64,000 nucleotides of DNA from Chiloscyllium plagiosum (Eukaryota). A model generated the notes under the pieces. It saw nothing but the letters and a program-made list of their open reading frames with translations. It had not been told where the DNA came from and did no database searches. How positions within the stretch are numbered: position 1 is the first letter of the stretch; the number at the start of each line of letters is the position of its first letter. A program made the position numbers and the translations under genes. The stretch spans positions 11,401,134-11,465,133 of the forward strand of contig NC_057718.1 in assembly GCF_004010195.1 (NCBI RefSeq), read 5' to 3'. Below, in pieces: positions 1 through 10,024 of the stretch.

Positions 1-95
1 AGGAGAAAGTGAGGTCTGCAGCTGCTGGAGATCAAAGTTGAAACTTTATTGCTGGAACAGCACAGCAGGTCAGGCAGCATCCAGGGAACAGGAGA

Positions 96-129
96 TTCGA
101 CGTTTCGGGCACAGGCCCTTCTTCAGGAA
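96..129 (-). ncRNA. Minimal type I hammerhead ribozyme motif
   Basis: Minus strand reads TTC-CTGAAGA-A-GGGC-CTGT-GCCC-GAAA-CG-TC-GAA: CUGANGA and GAAA core, 4-bp stem II, GUC triplet, stem I TTC/GAA. Confidence 0.65.
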
Positions 130-379
130 GAAGAAGCCCGAAACAGGCCCTTCTTTGGCCTGTGCCCGAAACGTCGAATCTCCTGTTCCCTGGATGCTGC
201 CTGACCTGCAGTGCTGTTCCAGCAATAAAGTTTCAACTTTGATCTCCAGCATCTGCAGATCTCACTTTCTCCTCGAAGATTTCAACCTACTGCGAATCCT
301 CTTACAAGGATGCCTTCCTTGAAGAAGCTCTCTGCCTCTCTCTACAAAGATTTCAGTGAGTCCCTAACACTCTCTGCTC

Positions 380-415
380 ATTCCTGAAGAAGGGCCTGTG
401 CCCGAAACGTCGAAT
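380..415 (+). ncRNA. Minimal type I hammerhead ribozyme motif
   Basis: ATTC-CTGAAGA-A-GGGC-CTGT-GCCC-GAAA-CG-TC-GAAT. Stem I ATTC/GAAT, stem II GGGC/GCCC, palindromic ACGT stem III, predicted cleavage after C411. Confidence 0.7.
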
Positions 416-685
416 CTCCTGTTCCCTGGATGCTGCCTGACCTGCTGTGCTGTTCCAGCAATAAAGTTTCAACGATGTCATCATATGCCCAAGTAGCTTG
501 ATGAATAATCAGTCGAATGTCATTGGTTGATATGAGAGTGTGTTTAGTGAAAATATATAAACTGAGGCAAGAACACACCGTTGCCTCAATTGAAAATGCC
601 CTTCCCTGTTCACTGAAAGATGTTTACGGAATCAACTCAATTAATTGTCAATTTTGGGACACTGTGGGATTCTTGTGGAATTTGA

Positions 686-996
686 GACTAGGACCTGAGG
701 GCACATCCTTGGAGTAAAGGGAAGACCTTTTAGAACGGAGGTAAGGAGAAACCTCTTCAGCCAGAGAGTGGGGAATTGATGGAATTCACTGTCACAGAAT
801 GATGTGGAGGCCAGGTCATTCAGTTTATTTAAGACTGAGATAGATAGGTTCTTGGTTGTCAAGGGGATCTAGGGTTACGAGGAGAAAGTGGGAGAATGGG
901 GATGAGAAACTTATCAGCGATGATTGAATGGCAGAGCACACTCAATGGGCTGAATGGCTTAATGTCTGCTCCTTTGTCTTATGGTCTTGTGGTCCT
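686..996 (+). mobile_element. CR1-clade LINE 3' fragment
   Basis: Degenerate CR1 ORF2 end (ttcagccagagagtggggaat...tggaattcact) and tcttatgg tail, homologous to 52370-52896. Confidence 0.8.
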
Positions 997-1107
997 AATG
1001 CTCAGTTTCTGACAGATAATTCTCCTGTCCCGTAGGCCCCTCTATAAAAGTCTCCAACTCTGAGCTACAGACACAGACTTCCAACAGTTCTGAGGTATGT
1101 AAGGGGA

Positions 1108-1352
1108 AGGGCCATTGGCTGGAGGCTGGTTTATAATGGAGAGTGGATTCCATTCCCCATACAGGCGGAGGTAACCATGATCATGACCTCTAAACCGTGA
1201 CTATCAGGTTAAACTTGCCAACAGCTCCCTCTCTGTCTCTCTCTCTCTCTGTCTCTCTCTCTCTGTCTCTCTGTCTTTCTCTCTCTCTGTCTCTCTCTCT
1301 CTCTCCCTCTCTCAAATGAGATACCAGTCCTTTGGGACTATGGTGATTTAAT
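1108..1352 (+). mobile_element. Degenerate tRNA-derived SINE (family of 39407-39676, 54640-54840) containing a (CT)n microsatellite at about 1225-1313
   Basis: ttggctgga...gtggattccattcc...tcaggttaaac motifs shared with the other copies, plus an imperfect CT tract. Confidence 0.55.
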
Positions 1353-1449
1353 CGTTACCTCATCTACTTGGGTGGTTGTCCAGGAAATGCTAGATAATTA
1401 AAACTTGGTCTAACACCTCAGTAAGTGCATAATAAACCTCACTTGACTC

Positions 1450-1848
1450 AAGTCATAGAGCCATAGTGTCATACAGCACAGAAACAGACCCTTCGGTCCA
1501 ACTAGTCCATGCCGACCATGATCCCCAAACTAACCTAGTCCCACCTGCTTGCACTTGGCCCATATCCCTCCAAACACCTCCACTTCATGGACTTATCTAA
1601 ATGTCTTTTATATGTTGAAACTGTACCCAATCCACCATTTCATCTGGAAGACCATTCCACATACGAACCGCTCTCTGTTTAAAAACATTGTCCCTCAGGT
1701 CCTATTTAAATCTTTCTCCTCTCACCTTAAAACTATGCCCCCAGTTTTAGGGAAATCCCTTATCCTAGGGAAAGGATACCTATTGTTCACCCTTATCTGT
1801 ATCCCTCATGATTTTACACCCCTCACCCTCTTGGGCTGCAGTGAGAAA
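1450..1848 (-). mobile_element. CR1/HER1-like LINE 3' fragment
   Basis: Reverse complement of the HER1-type tail (gtcatagag...acagacccttcggtccaac) and ORF2 C-terminal region. Confidence 0.8.
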
Positions 1849-2544
1849 CTAGACAGGGGTGGGCTCTTTCAGCACCTTGTAACAATCCAATTAACTTGCA
1901 TCGACTACAAGAAGGGGTAGGATATGAGAAGTTGGTTGGCTCATCGAGCTGACTATCTATCACCACCTTCCCTTGTTTTCGCTCCGTTTAAGTCTGTACA
2001 GATGGAGCTTTCATTACACATGTTAGTCCAAACAACTCTACATTCCAGATGGACTTAGCTCATGGTTTAAGGTGTATCTCATTTCGCAAGTTATCTGCAA
2101 AGATTTATTCAGCATTGTTACCCACCTTTCTATCTTCCATTCCCAGCAGCACCTCAATTTAACAATTCCAATCCTCGTTTATATCCGAACACAGTCCTAT
2201 AGCCATCTGAGATCTCTGCACGCACCCAATTCTGGGTATTTGCACAGCTACTAATTTTCATTGCCTTGCCGTTTGCAGTGAGTCTGTAGTTGAAGTACTC
2301 CCCACACTCCCATCTCTGACCAATCTCCAAGATCTTTTCTCCTTGCTCACCTTCGACCTGAATTTCAGAACTTCCTTGGATGCTACGTCTCTGAACTGTC
2401 CTACTAACCGCATCAAAATATATTTGCTGACACTTCTGTATTCGTGTGAGTGACAACATTAAACGCAAATCATTGGATCTGAGATTAATTGCCTATAGTT
2501 CACTCCACCCCCATTCCCCCTACCTCCCCTGCTCATGACTCCAT

Positions 2545-2612
2545 TGCTCACTAACCTCCTATGTGGGACTTTATCAAAAGCTTTCTGAAAGTCCAGGTAC
2601 ACTCCATCCACT
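2545..2612 (-). mobile_element. CR1 reverse transcriptase fragment
   Basis: Translates VDGVYLDFQKAFDKVPHRRLVS, a diagnostic CR1 RT motif. Confidence 0.8.
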
Positions 2613-2629
2613 GGATCTCCACTGGATTT

Positions 2630-3528
2630 CGGCAAGGCAAACCAGGACAAGACTTGCACGCTGAATTGAGGAACCTAGGGATTTAGGTTCATAGATTCTT
2701 GAAATGGTGTCACAGGTAGACAGGGCAGTGAAGGAGGCATTTGGCACGTTTGCTTTCATTGGTCAGAGTATTGAGTATAGGAGTTGGAACATCATATTGA
2801 GGCTTTATAAGACATTGCTGAGGCCACTTTTAGAATACTGTGTATAATTCTGGTTGCCCTGCTATGGGAAGGATGTTGTTAAACTAGAAAAGTTGCAGAA
2901 AATAATTTGCAAGGATGTGGCCAGGAATGGAAGGTTTGAATTGAATTGAAGCTGCATAGGCTGGGACATTTTTCTCTGGAGCGTCGGAGGCTGGGGGTGG
3001 GGGGGTAGGTTGTGTGGTGACCTTATAGAGGTTTATGAAATGATGAGAGGCATAGGTAAGGTGAATAGCAAAATTCTTATTCCAGGGTTGGGGGAGTCCA
3101 AAACTAGATGGCACAGGTTTAAGGTAAGAGGGGAAATATTTAAAAGGGAGCTGAAGGTTAAATGTTTTACACAGAGGGTGGTGCTTGTATGGAATGGGCT
3201 GCCAGAGGAAGAGGTGGAGGTTGGTACAATTACAACACTTAAAAAGGAATCTGGATGGGTATATGAATAGGAAGGGTTTAAAGGGATATGGGCCAAATGC
3301 TGGCATATGGCACTAGTTTAGTTTGGGAAACCTGGTTGGCATGGATGAGCTGTAGGTAAAAACAAGGACTGCAGATGGAAACCAGAGTCTAGATTAGAGT
3401 GGTGCTGGAAAAGCACAGCCGGTCAGGCAGCAGTCGAGGAGCAGGAAAATCAACGTTTCGGGCAAAAGCCCGAAACCATGGATGAGCTGTAGCGAAGGGT
3501 CTGTTTCTCTGCTGTATTACTCTGTGAC
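2630..3528 (+). mobile_element. CR1/HER1-like LINE 3' portion, interrupted by a PLE tail
   Basis: GDLIEVYEMMRGIGKVN...ESKTRWHRFKVRG...FTQRVVLVWNGLPEE, followed by a CR1 tail. Confidence 0.85.
3356..3476 (-). mobile_element. Short PLE-tail insertion with 16-bp target duplication
   Basis: Flanked by catggatgagctgtag at 3340-3355 and 3477-3492. Confidence 0.8.
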
Positions 3529-4264
3529 ACAGGTACAGACACTACCACTGGCCCACAGGTCTCTTAACAGTCTACAGTGTTACCTGTGCTCTCCTCTTCA
3601 CAAATGTCCAACTTGGGAGAGGGTATCACAGAGCACGGAGAACGTCCACATCGAGAGTGGATATTGATACAGCCCCCATCTGATAAACACCGCAAACAAA
3701 CTCCTGTGGTTAGTATTGAAGGCGAAGCAGCAGAATATGATGAAAATTAAACGAAAACATTCACCGCTGTGATTTTGTTACATGCCACGTGGAGATATTA
3801 AAATCTCTTTTCCACTTTGCACGCCAGGGTTTGAATCGGTCAATCTTTGTGACACTTCCTGTGTGCCTGAGGATTCAGCCTGTGACACTTTTGGTACCTA
3901 ATACCAGCCTGAATGTTAGTGAGCTGATTTGCATGTTAAATGTGAGACTAACGCAACTCTTGCAGCTGCCTGTACGAGTTCAGAACTTGTCTTTTTGGGA
4001 CTTGCCACATTGCAATACAGCTGGAAACACTGCGAGCTGCGGTGGGTATTTATCCTGACAGGAATACATTCCTGCTGAATGCTCTCATCTTTATTGCTGT
4101 CATGGGTCTGATATACATAGGAAGTGCACTCTTTGGTGGGCCTTTAGATATATCAGTTTGTATCCAAAACCCAGGGGTCCCTTGGAATTTTGGGATATAT
4201 TTCTGCTGCCACTACATTGGCAAAAAACATTTTAAATAATATGTTCTTAAGACACAGACAGAGG

Positions 4265-4775
4265 CCATTGGGCTTGACTGTACTGGGAATGTTGCTGGGC
4301 TGGTAATCCAAGGCCGAGAGTGTGGTGCTGGAAAAACACAGCATTGTCAGGCAGCATCCAAGGAGCAGGAGAGTTGACGTTTCAGGGATAAGCCTTTCAT
4401 CGAGAAAAGGGCTTATGCCCAAAAAGTTGATTCTCTCCTGCTCCTGACCTGCTGTGCTTTTCCAGCACCACACTCTCGACTCTGATCTGCAGTCCTCAGT
4501 CTCTCCTAGTAATTCAGGGCCCCAGGCTAAGGTTCGAATCCCATCATGGCAGATGGTAAAATTTACATCCAGTAAAAATTTGAAATGAAAATCTCCACTA
4601 ACTGACAATTGTTAATTGTTGTAAAACCCATCTGAGTATTAATTTTAGCAAAAGGATATCTGCCTTCCTTACCTGGTCTGGCCTACCGACTCGCATCGAC
4701 ATGGTGGACTCTTAACTGCCCTCTGGGTAATTAGCAATGAGCAATAAATTCCCATCCTATAAACAAATAAAATAA
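4265..4775 (+). mobile_element. tRNA-derived SINE (family of 6510-6850) interrupted by an inverted PLE-tail pair (about 4316-4508)
   Basis: B-box-like ggttcgaatcc and body ccttacctggtctggccta...gactcttaactgccctctg. The inserted tails match the 1-272 family. Confidence 0.7.
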
Positions 4776-4829
4776 ACTCTGTCAAGACCTGTCCATAATT
4801 CTGAGCATCTCTGTTGTCTTGACTCAGTC

Positions 4830-5285
4830 CTGGGATGAAGGAAAGGTTGAACAGGTTCAGCCCAAGTCCATTAGAGCTTAGATGAATGAGAGGTGATCTT
4901 ACTGAAGCATATGAGATCTTCAGGAGAATGGATAGAGGGGACCCCCCCTGGAGGATATTTCTTCTTGGGGGAGAGACCAATACTAGAGACGTAGCTGAAG
5001 AGTAGCGGGTCTCCCTTTTCACACAGAGATAAGGATCATGTTTTCTTTCTCATTAAAATGTAGAATTCTTTCTCCCACAGGCGGGAGAGGTTGGATTGTT
5101 ATATTTAATCAAAGCTGAGTGAGATGGGCTTTTGATAGATGAGGGTGTCAAAGCTTGTGTGGGGGGCAGGTCGGAAAATAGAGCTGAGACCATCACCAGG
5201 TCAGTCATAATCCTTCGAATTGGGACAAGCTCAAAGGTCCAAAGAGCCTACTCCAGCTACTATTTCATAACTGACTTTGTCCTGT
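4830..5285 (+). mobile_element. Degenerate CR1 3' fragment
   Basis: ttagatgaatgagaggtgatcttactgaagcatatgagatc (RMRGDLxE motif) and a CR1-like tail. Confidence 0.6.
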
Positions 5286-5734
5286 GTTCCTGTAATATCT
5301 CCTTCATCTTTTCTCTCTAAGGAAAGCAATCCCTTCTTCTCTAAGTCTTCCTCGTGAATAACTGAAGCCTTGTTGTCATCCTGGCCTTGAGACATTGTCT
5401 TTGATTGGTCATTGGTCATAGATTAGATCGAAGATCCCCATTGGAAAAGCCTTGATCAAGTAGAACCAACTTGCCAGCCAATAGGAACCCTTTCTTCTTG
5501 CAGTAGAAATTGTTAGGATTGATTGGAATTTGGCATTCTTGCATTGGTCCTGATGAGCACAGGACGATAAGCTTCTTTCATCAATAGCAGGGTCCATCAG
5601 GAACATGTGCATTCTTTACATTAACCAGGGCTAGTTCCTGTGATAAGTTCACACATGTGTACAATGTAATTGTGTATGACTCATATTATCAATGTCTAGG
5701 GACATCGTCTGGGATGTGTTTTAGAAAGAACGTG

Positions 5735-5890
5735 GACTTGAATTTATTTTGAGAAGGAGAATTTGCATTTATATCGCACCTTTCATGACCACCAGCCAAC
5801 GTGGAGCTGACTTGTAGCCATGGTTGTCATGTAGGAAACTAAGCAGCCAAGTTACACATAGCAAGACCTTACAAAGAGCAATGTGATTTT
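5735..5890 (-). mobile_element. Deu-domain SINE (SacSINE1-like) 3' fragment
   Basis: gcatttatatcgcacctttcatgacc...gtaggaaac...gcagccaa...gcaagaccttacaaa matches the reverse complement of the Deu domain and tail. Confidence 0.6.
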
Positions 5891-6090
5891 GAATCAATGT
5901 GTTTGGACACATTTCAACGAATGACCAGGGAGATGGGATTTGAATTTGGATTTCCTGCCTCAGTAGTAGGAACATCATCACTGCCTGGGCCCACTTCATT
6001 CTACCTATAACCATTAAAAATGCATAATATGACCAAGCAGTATCAACAATTCTGGATGTAAGTCTGCTCGCTGAGCTGGAAGGTTTGTTT

Positions 6091-6130
6091 TCAGATATTT
6101 CGTCACCCTACTGGGTAACATCATCAGTGA
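6091..6130 (-). ncRNA. Minimal type I hammerhead ribozyme motif (family 2)
   Basis: Minus strand: TCA-CTGATGA-T-GTTACCC-AGTA-GGGTGAC-GAAA-TA-TC-TGA. Confidence 0.6.
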
Positions 6131-6370
6131 GCCTCCGGATGAAGCACTAGTGTTAGTGACTGACTTTCTATTTATGTGTTTAGGTTTCATTGGGTTGGTG
6201 ATGTCATTTCCCATAGTGATGTTATTTCCTGTGGTGATGTTATTTCCTTTCTTTGACCACCCTCTGAGTAAAAGAACAGGAATTGGCATTACCACAGGAA
6301 TCACCAAATCAAGGAAACCTAAACACATAAATAGAAAGTGGGTCACTAACACTAGTGCTTCACCAGAGGC

Positions 6371-6410
6371 TCACTGAAGATGTTACCTAGTAGGGTGACG
6401 AAACGTCTGA
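6371..6410 (+). ncRNA. Minimal type I hammerhead ribozyme motif (family 2)
   Basis: TCA-CTGAAGA-T-GTTACC-TAGTAG-GGTGAC-GAAA-CG-TC-TGA. Stem I TCA/TGA, 6-bp stem II, GUC site. Confidence 0.65.
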
Positions 6411-6509
6411 AAATGAACCTTCCAGCTCAGCAAGCAAACTTACATCCAGAACCTCAACCTAAGCTACAAATGTTCTCAAAACCCACTATTATTGACAATA
6501 TCAATAATG

Positions 6510-6850
6510 GCGGAGGAATAGCCTAGTGATATTAATCCACAGATCCAGCTAATGTTCTGGATATAGGTTCAAATCCCAGCATGGCAGATAGTGGAATTTG
6601 AATTCAATTTTTAAAAATCTGTAATTAAGAATCTAATGATGACCATGAACTGATTGATGGGGGGAGGCCCATCTGATTCACGAACATCCATTAGGGAAGG
6701 AAACTGCCATCCTTACCTGCTCTGGCCTACATGTGACTCCTGACCCACAGCAATGTGACTGACTCTTAACTGCCCTCTGGGCAATTAGAGACGGGCAATA
6801 AATACTGGCTAGCCAGTGACTCCCTCATCCTGTGAATGAATAATAAAAAA
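6510..6850 (+). mobile_element. tRNA-derived SINE, near full length
   Basis: A-box-like tagcctagtg, B-box ggttcaaatcc and 3' tail ggcaattag...ggcaataaa...gaatgaataataaaaaa. Multiple copies in the window. Confidence 0.8.
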
Positions 6851-6861
6851 GCTTCAAAAAG

Positions 6862-8085
6862 GGGGAATCATGTCTGATAGATTTATCGGAATTTTTGGAG
6901 GAGGTAACCTACAGGATAGATAAAGGGGAAGCAGTTGATGTAATATATTTAGATTTTCAGAAAGTGTTTGTTAAGTATCACACATTAGGTTACTTAATAA
7001 GACAAGAGCTCATGGTGTTGAGAGGAGAATATTAGCAAGTGGAAAGGGTTGTCCAACTAATAGAAGACTGAGAATTGGGATCAGAACGGCATTTTCAGGA
7101 TAGAAAACTGTAACTAGTGAAGTTCCACAGGGATCAGTACTGGGCCATTATTATTTACAACATATTAATGACTTGGGTGAGGAAAGTGAATGTACCATAA
7201 TCAAGTTTGCAGATGCCACAAAAATAAATGGAAAGGCAAGTGGTGAGGATGAGTCTACAGAGTGACATGGACAAGTTGGGCAAAACATGGCAGGAAAAAT
7301 ATAATGTGGGAAAACGTATGATTATGCACTTTGTCAGGAAGCATAGAGGAGGTGAGTATTTTTAAAACGGAAGAAGACTGAAGAAAGCTGTGGAACAGAG
7401 TGATTTGGAAAACGTCATCCATGAATTGCAAAACGTTAGCATCTAAGTTCAGCAGATAATTGGAGGCAAATGGACTGTTGGCCTTCCTTCAAAGAGAATG
7501 GACTTTAAAAAGATGGAGGTATTGCTAAAACTATACAAGGCACTAGTCAGACCACAGCTGGAATACTGTGAACAGTTTGGGCCCCTTATCTAAGGAAAGA
7601 TATACAAGCATTTGAGGCAGTCCAGAGAAGGTTCCCCAGGCTGATCCCAGGGATGGAGGGGCTGTCTTATGAGGAGCAGTAGATTGGGCCTGTACTTGTT
7701 GGAGTTTAGAAGAATGAGAGGTGACGTACCCAGAGCACTTCTCAGGGTAGATGCAGAAATGTTCTTCAGACCTCTCTTTGTAGGAGAGTCTAGGATCAGA
7801 GAGCATAATCTCAGAATAAGGGTCACCCAGTTAAGACAGAGATAAGGAGGAATTTCCTCTCTCAGAGGTTAGTGAATCTGTGGAATTCTTTACCACAGAG
7901 GCTGGCTTGTTATTGATACAAGCAGCTGAGACAGATTGCTGATCAATAAAGGAATCAGGGAACACTGGGGAAGGGCAGGAAAGTGGAGTCGAGGGTTATC
8001 AGATCAGCCATAATCTCAGTGAACAGCGGAGCGGATTTGATAGGCTGAATGGCCTACTCCTGCTCCTGTGCCTGATGGTTTTATG
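6862..8085 (+). mobile_element. CR1 LINE, RT domain to 3' tail, decayed
   Basis: VDVIYLDFQK, SEVPQGSVLG and INDLGEESECTIIKFADATK motifs with frameshifts, then a CR1 tail gaatggcctactcctgctcct. Confidence 0.9.
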
Positions 8086-8129
8086 GACACAGACCAATTG
8101 TTGTTCTCTCCAGACTGAGAAATAAGCGG

Positions 8130-8515
8130 TATGAGGTCAATTCCATAGACGGCAGCCTGGCTTCTAAATCTGAGGTTCGTTCAAGTCTCATTCATGTGGG
8201 CCGAAATCCTGATGGAGGATGTGTGGGGATGTGTTGACTGGGACCCCCTCTGACCATGCACTGAATAGAAAAGGCATAGTGGGAACATTTGAAGAGCTGG
8301 AAGGGGCCCTTTCCAACATTCCTTCCTCAACCAGAAGCAGATTAACTGTTCGTGCGTTCGTTTATTGTTTATAGAACCTCGCTATGCAAACATTGGCTGC
8401 CACATCTGCCTGCAAAATAACACCGAGCATATTAAAAAGTCAAGCTTTTGCCTGTGAAACCCTTGGAAATGTCCTGAGGATGTGAAATGTGTTGTATAAC
8501 AAAGTTGTTTCTTTA
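8130..8515 (+). mobile_element. Deu-domain SINE (SacSINE1/AmnSINE-related), diverged
   Basis: gctatgcaaacattggctgccac...gtcctgaggatgtgaaatgtgttgtata resembles the Deu domain and tail. Confidence 0.6.
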
Positions 8516-9236
8516 TACTTTGCAAGCTGGATGACTGGCATGAGCTGGGATGTTATCCTGACTGATTTACTGGGTGTTGTGGCATCAGATTAGAGACGAG
8601 ATTGGACCTCATTCAGCCTCATGAACTCCAATTCTCCTTTTCCTCAACTAATAAATCCAGGTCTAAGCTCGGATCAAAGAGATATTTTCATCTAGTTACA
8701 CTATTCCACCAAACATCATCAAGGTAATGACAGGTAAGTCATTTCTCCCTTGTTTTAGCAGTTAAGGTACATGGCAAACACTTCCTTTAATGTTGTTTCA
8801 ACATCGAGGTAATGTTAGTGAACACATTTTTCTGAAATCGTTCCGTCCATGGTTTCACTGGGGGCTAATATTGCCAAGGACCAGTTTCAGAAGTTGTCAC
8901 CTTCCAGACCACTTTACAAATCCTCCTTTTACTGAATCTTAAAGTATCTCACAGAATTAATGTCACCCAGTTAAACCAAACCAGAAGATTAAGGAGGATC
9001 TAGTTGAGGCGTTTACGACGATGAAGGAATCTGATCAAATAAATGGAATAAAGTTCTCTTGTGGAGGAGTCCAGAATTATGGGACGCAATTTTAAAATTG
9101 TAACTAGGCAATCCAAGGAAGTCTTTAACAAAAACCCTTTCCTTAGTAATGTTTGAACATTGAGGTAAAGTTAATGAACTTTATGAAATTGTTTTCTTCA
9201 TGCTCTCAATGTCTAATATATTCAATGCCCAGTCTA

Positions 9237-9518
9237 GGGTGGCACAATGGCTCAGTGGTTAGCACTGCTGCTTCACAGTGCCAGGGACCCAGGTTCAATT
9301 CCAGCTTTGGCTCCCTCTGTTGTGGAGTTTGCATGTTCTCCCTGTGTCTTTGTGGATTTCCACTGCATGCTCCAGTTTCCTCCCACAGTCCAAAGGTACG
9401 CAGGCTAGCTGGATGGGAAAAGCAGGGTTATGAGGTGGGTCCAGCTGGGAAGCTCTTCAGAGGGTTGGTGTGGACTTGATGGGCCAAATGGCCTGTTCCA
9501 CACTCTAAATATTCTATG
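9237..9518 (+). mobile_element. HE1-type (V-domain) SINE
   Basis: ggtggcacaatggctcagtggttagcactgctg...ggttcaattcc...tgtggagtttgcatgttctccc...tggacttgatgggcc. Confidence 0.85.
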
Positions 9519-10024
9519 GAAAAGGTAATGGAGCTCTATCTCTTGGGACTGTGGGATTAAATCTGAAATCCATAATAGCACTCTTAGAGGTAAGGGAGAT
9601 TTGGAGGCAGGATGGGCAGATCGTATTTGGATAGAGATCAGTCACCATCCACTTGAAGGTGTTGAATGGCTACCTCCTGTTCCTTTGCTCGAAACAGCCC
9701 CAGCTCTCCCTTTCTTGTTCTGAACTGCAAGATTCCCAGTGCCCTCTAACTTTGGCAGAATCCACCCCACCCCCCCCCCCCCCCCAGTTCATTCTGACAT
9801 GGCCTGAATAAGTAGAGCACCCTGAAATCTCATTAATGAGACGCGGGATTCACTAGAGAGCAATTAGAATGTTGGCCTGCTCCTTGCCATTATGTTAGAG
9901 GAGTTATATATGTGCATCTTGTGGAAATGATCTGATCACACCCTGAAAAATGTGAGTTCCTGATTGCTTCAAGCAACAGAAGGTTTTTCACTTCGAACAG
10001 CTTTGTGTAGATTAATCACTATCG

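Larger units (their letters stand above)
1..473. mobile_element. Penelope-like element 3' tail cluster: inverted pair (1-129 minus, 158-272 plus) plus a third plus-strand copy (378-473)
   Basis: 1-115 is the near-perfect reverse complement of 158-272. The same tail ends the GIY-YIG-bearing element at 26702-27762. Confidence 0.8.
6051..6480. mobile_element. Second PLE-tail family, inverted pair
   Basis: About 6051-6190 is the reverse complement of about 6312-6450. Each arm carries a hammerhead motif, and a further copy lies at 28670-28825. Confidence 0.75.

Noticed and set aside
4042..4239. Hydrophobic 65-aa ORF as a small membrane protein or exon
   Set aside because: No recognisable homology, a non-ATG start and no convincing splice sites.
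6014..6377. Near-mirror ORFs on opposite strands (MLVTHFLF/MLVTDFLF)
   Set aside because: A consequence of the inverted repeat, not coding.
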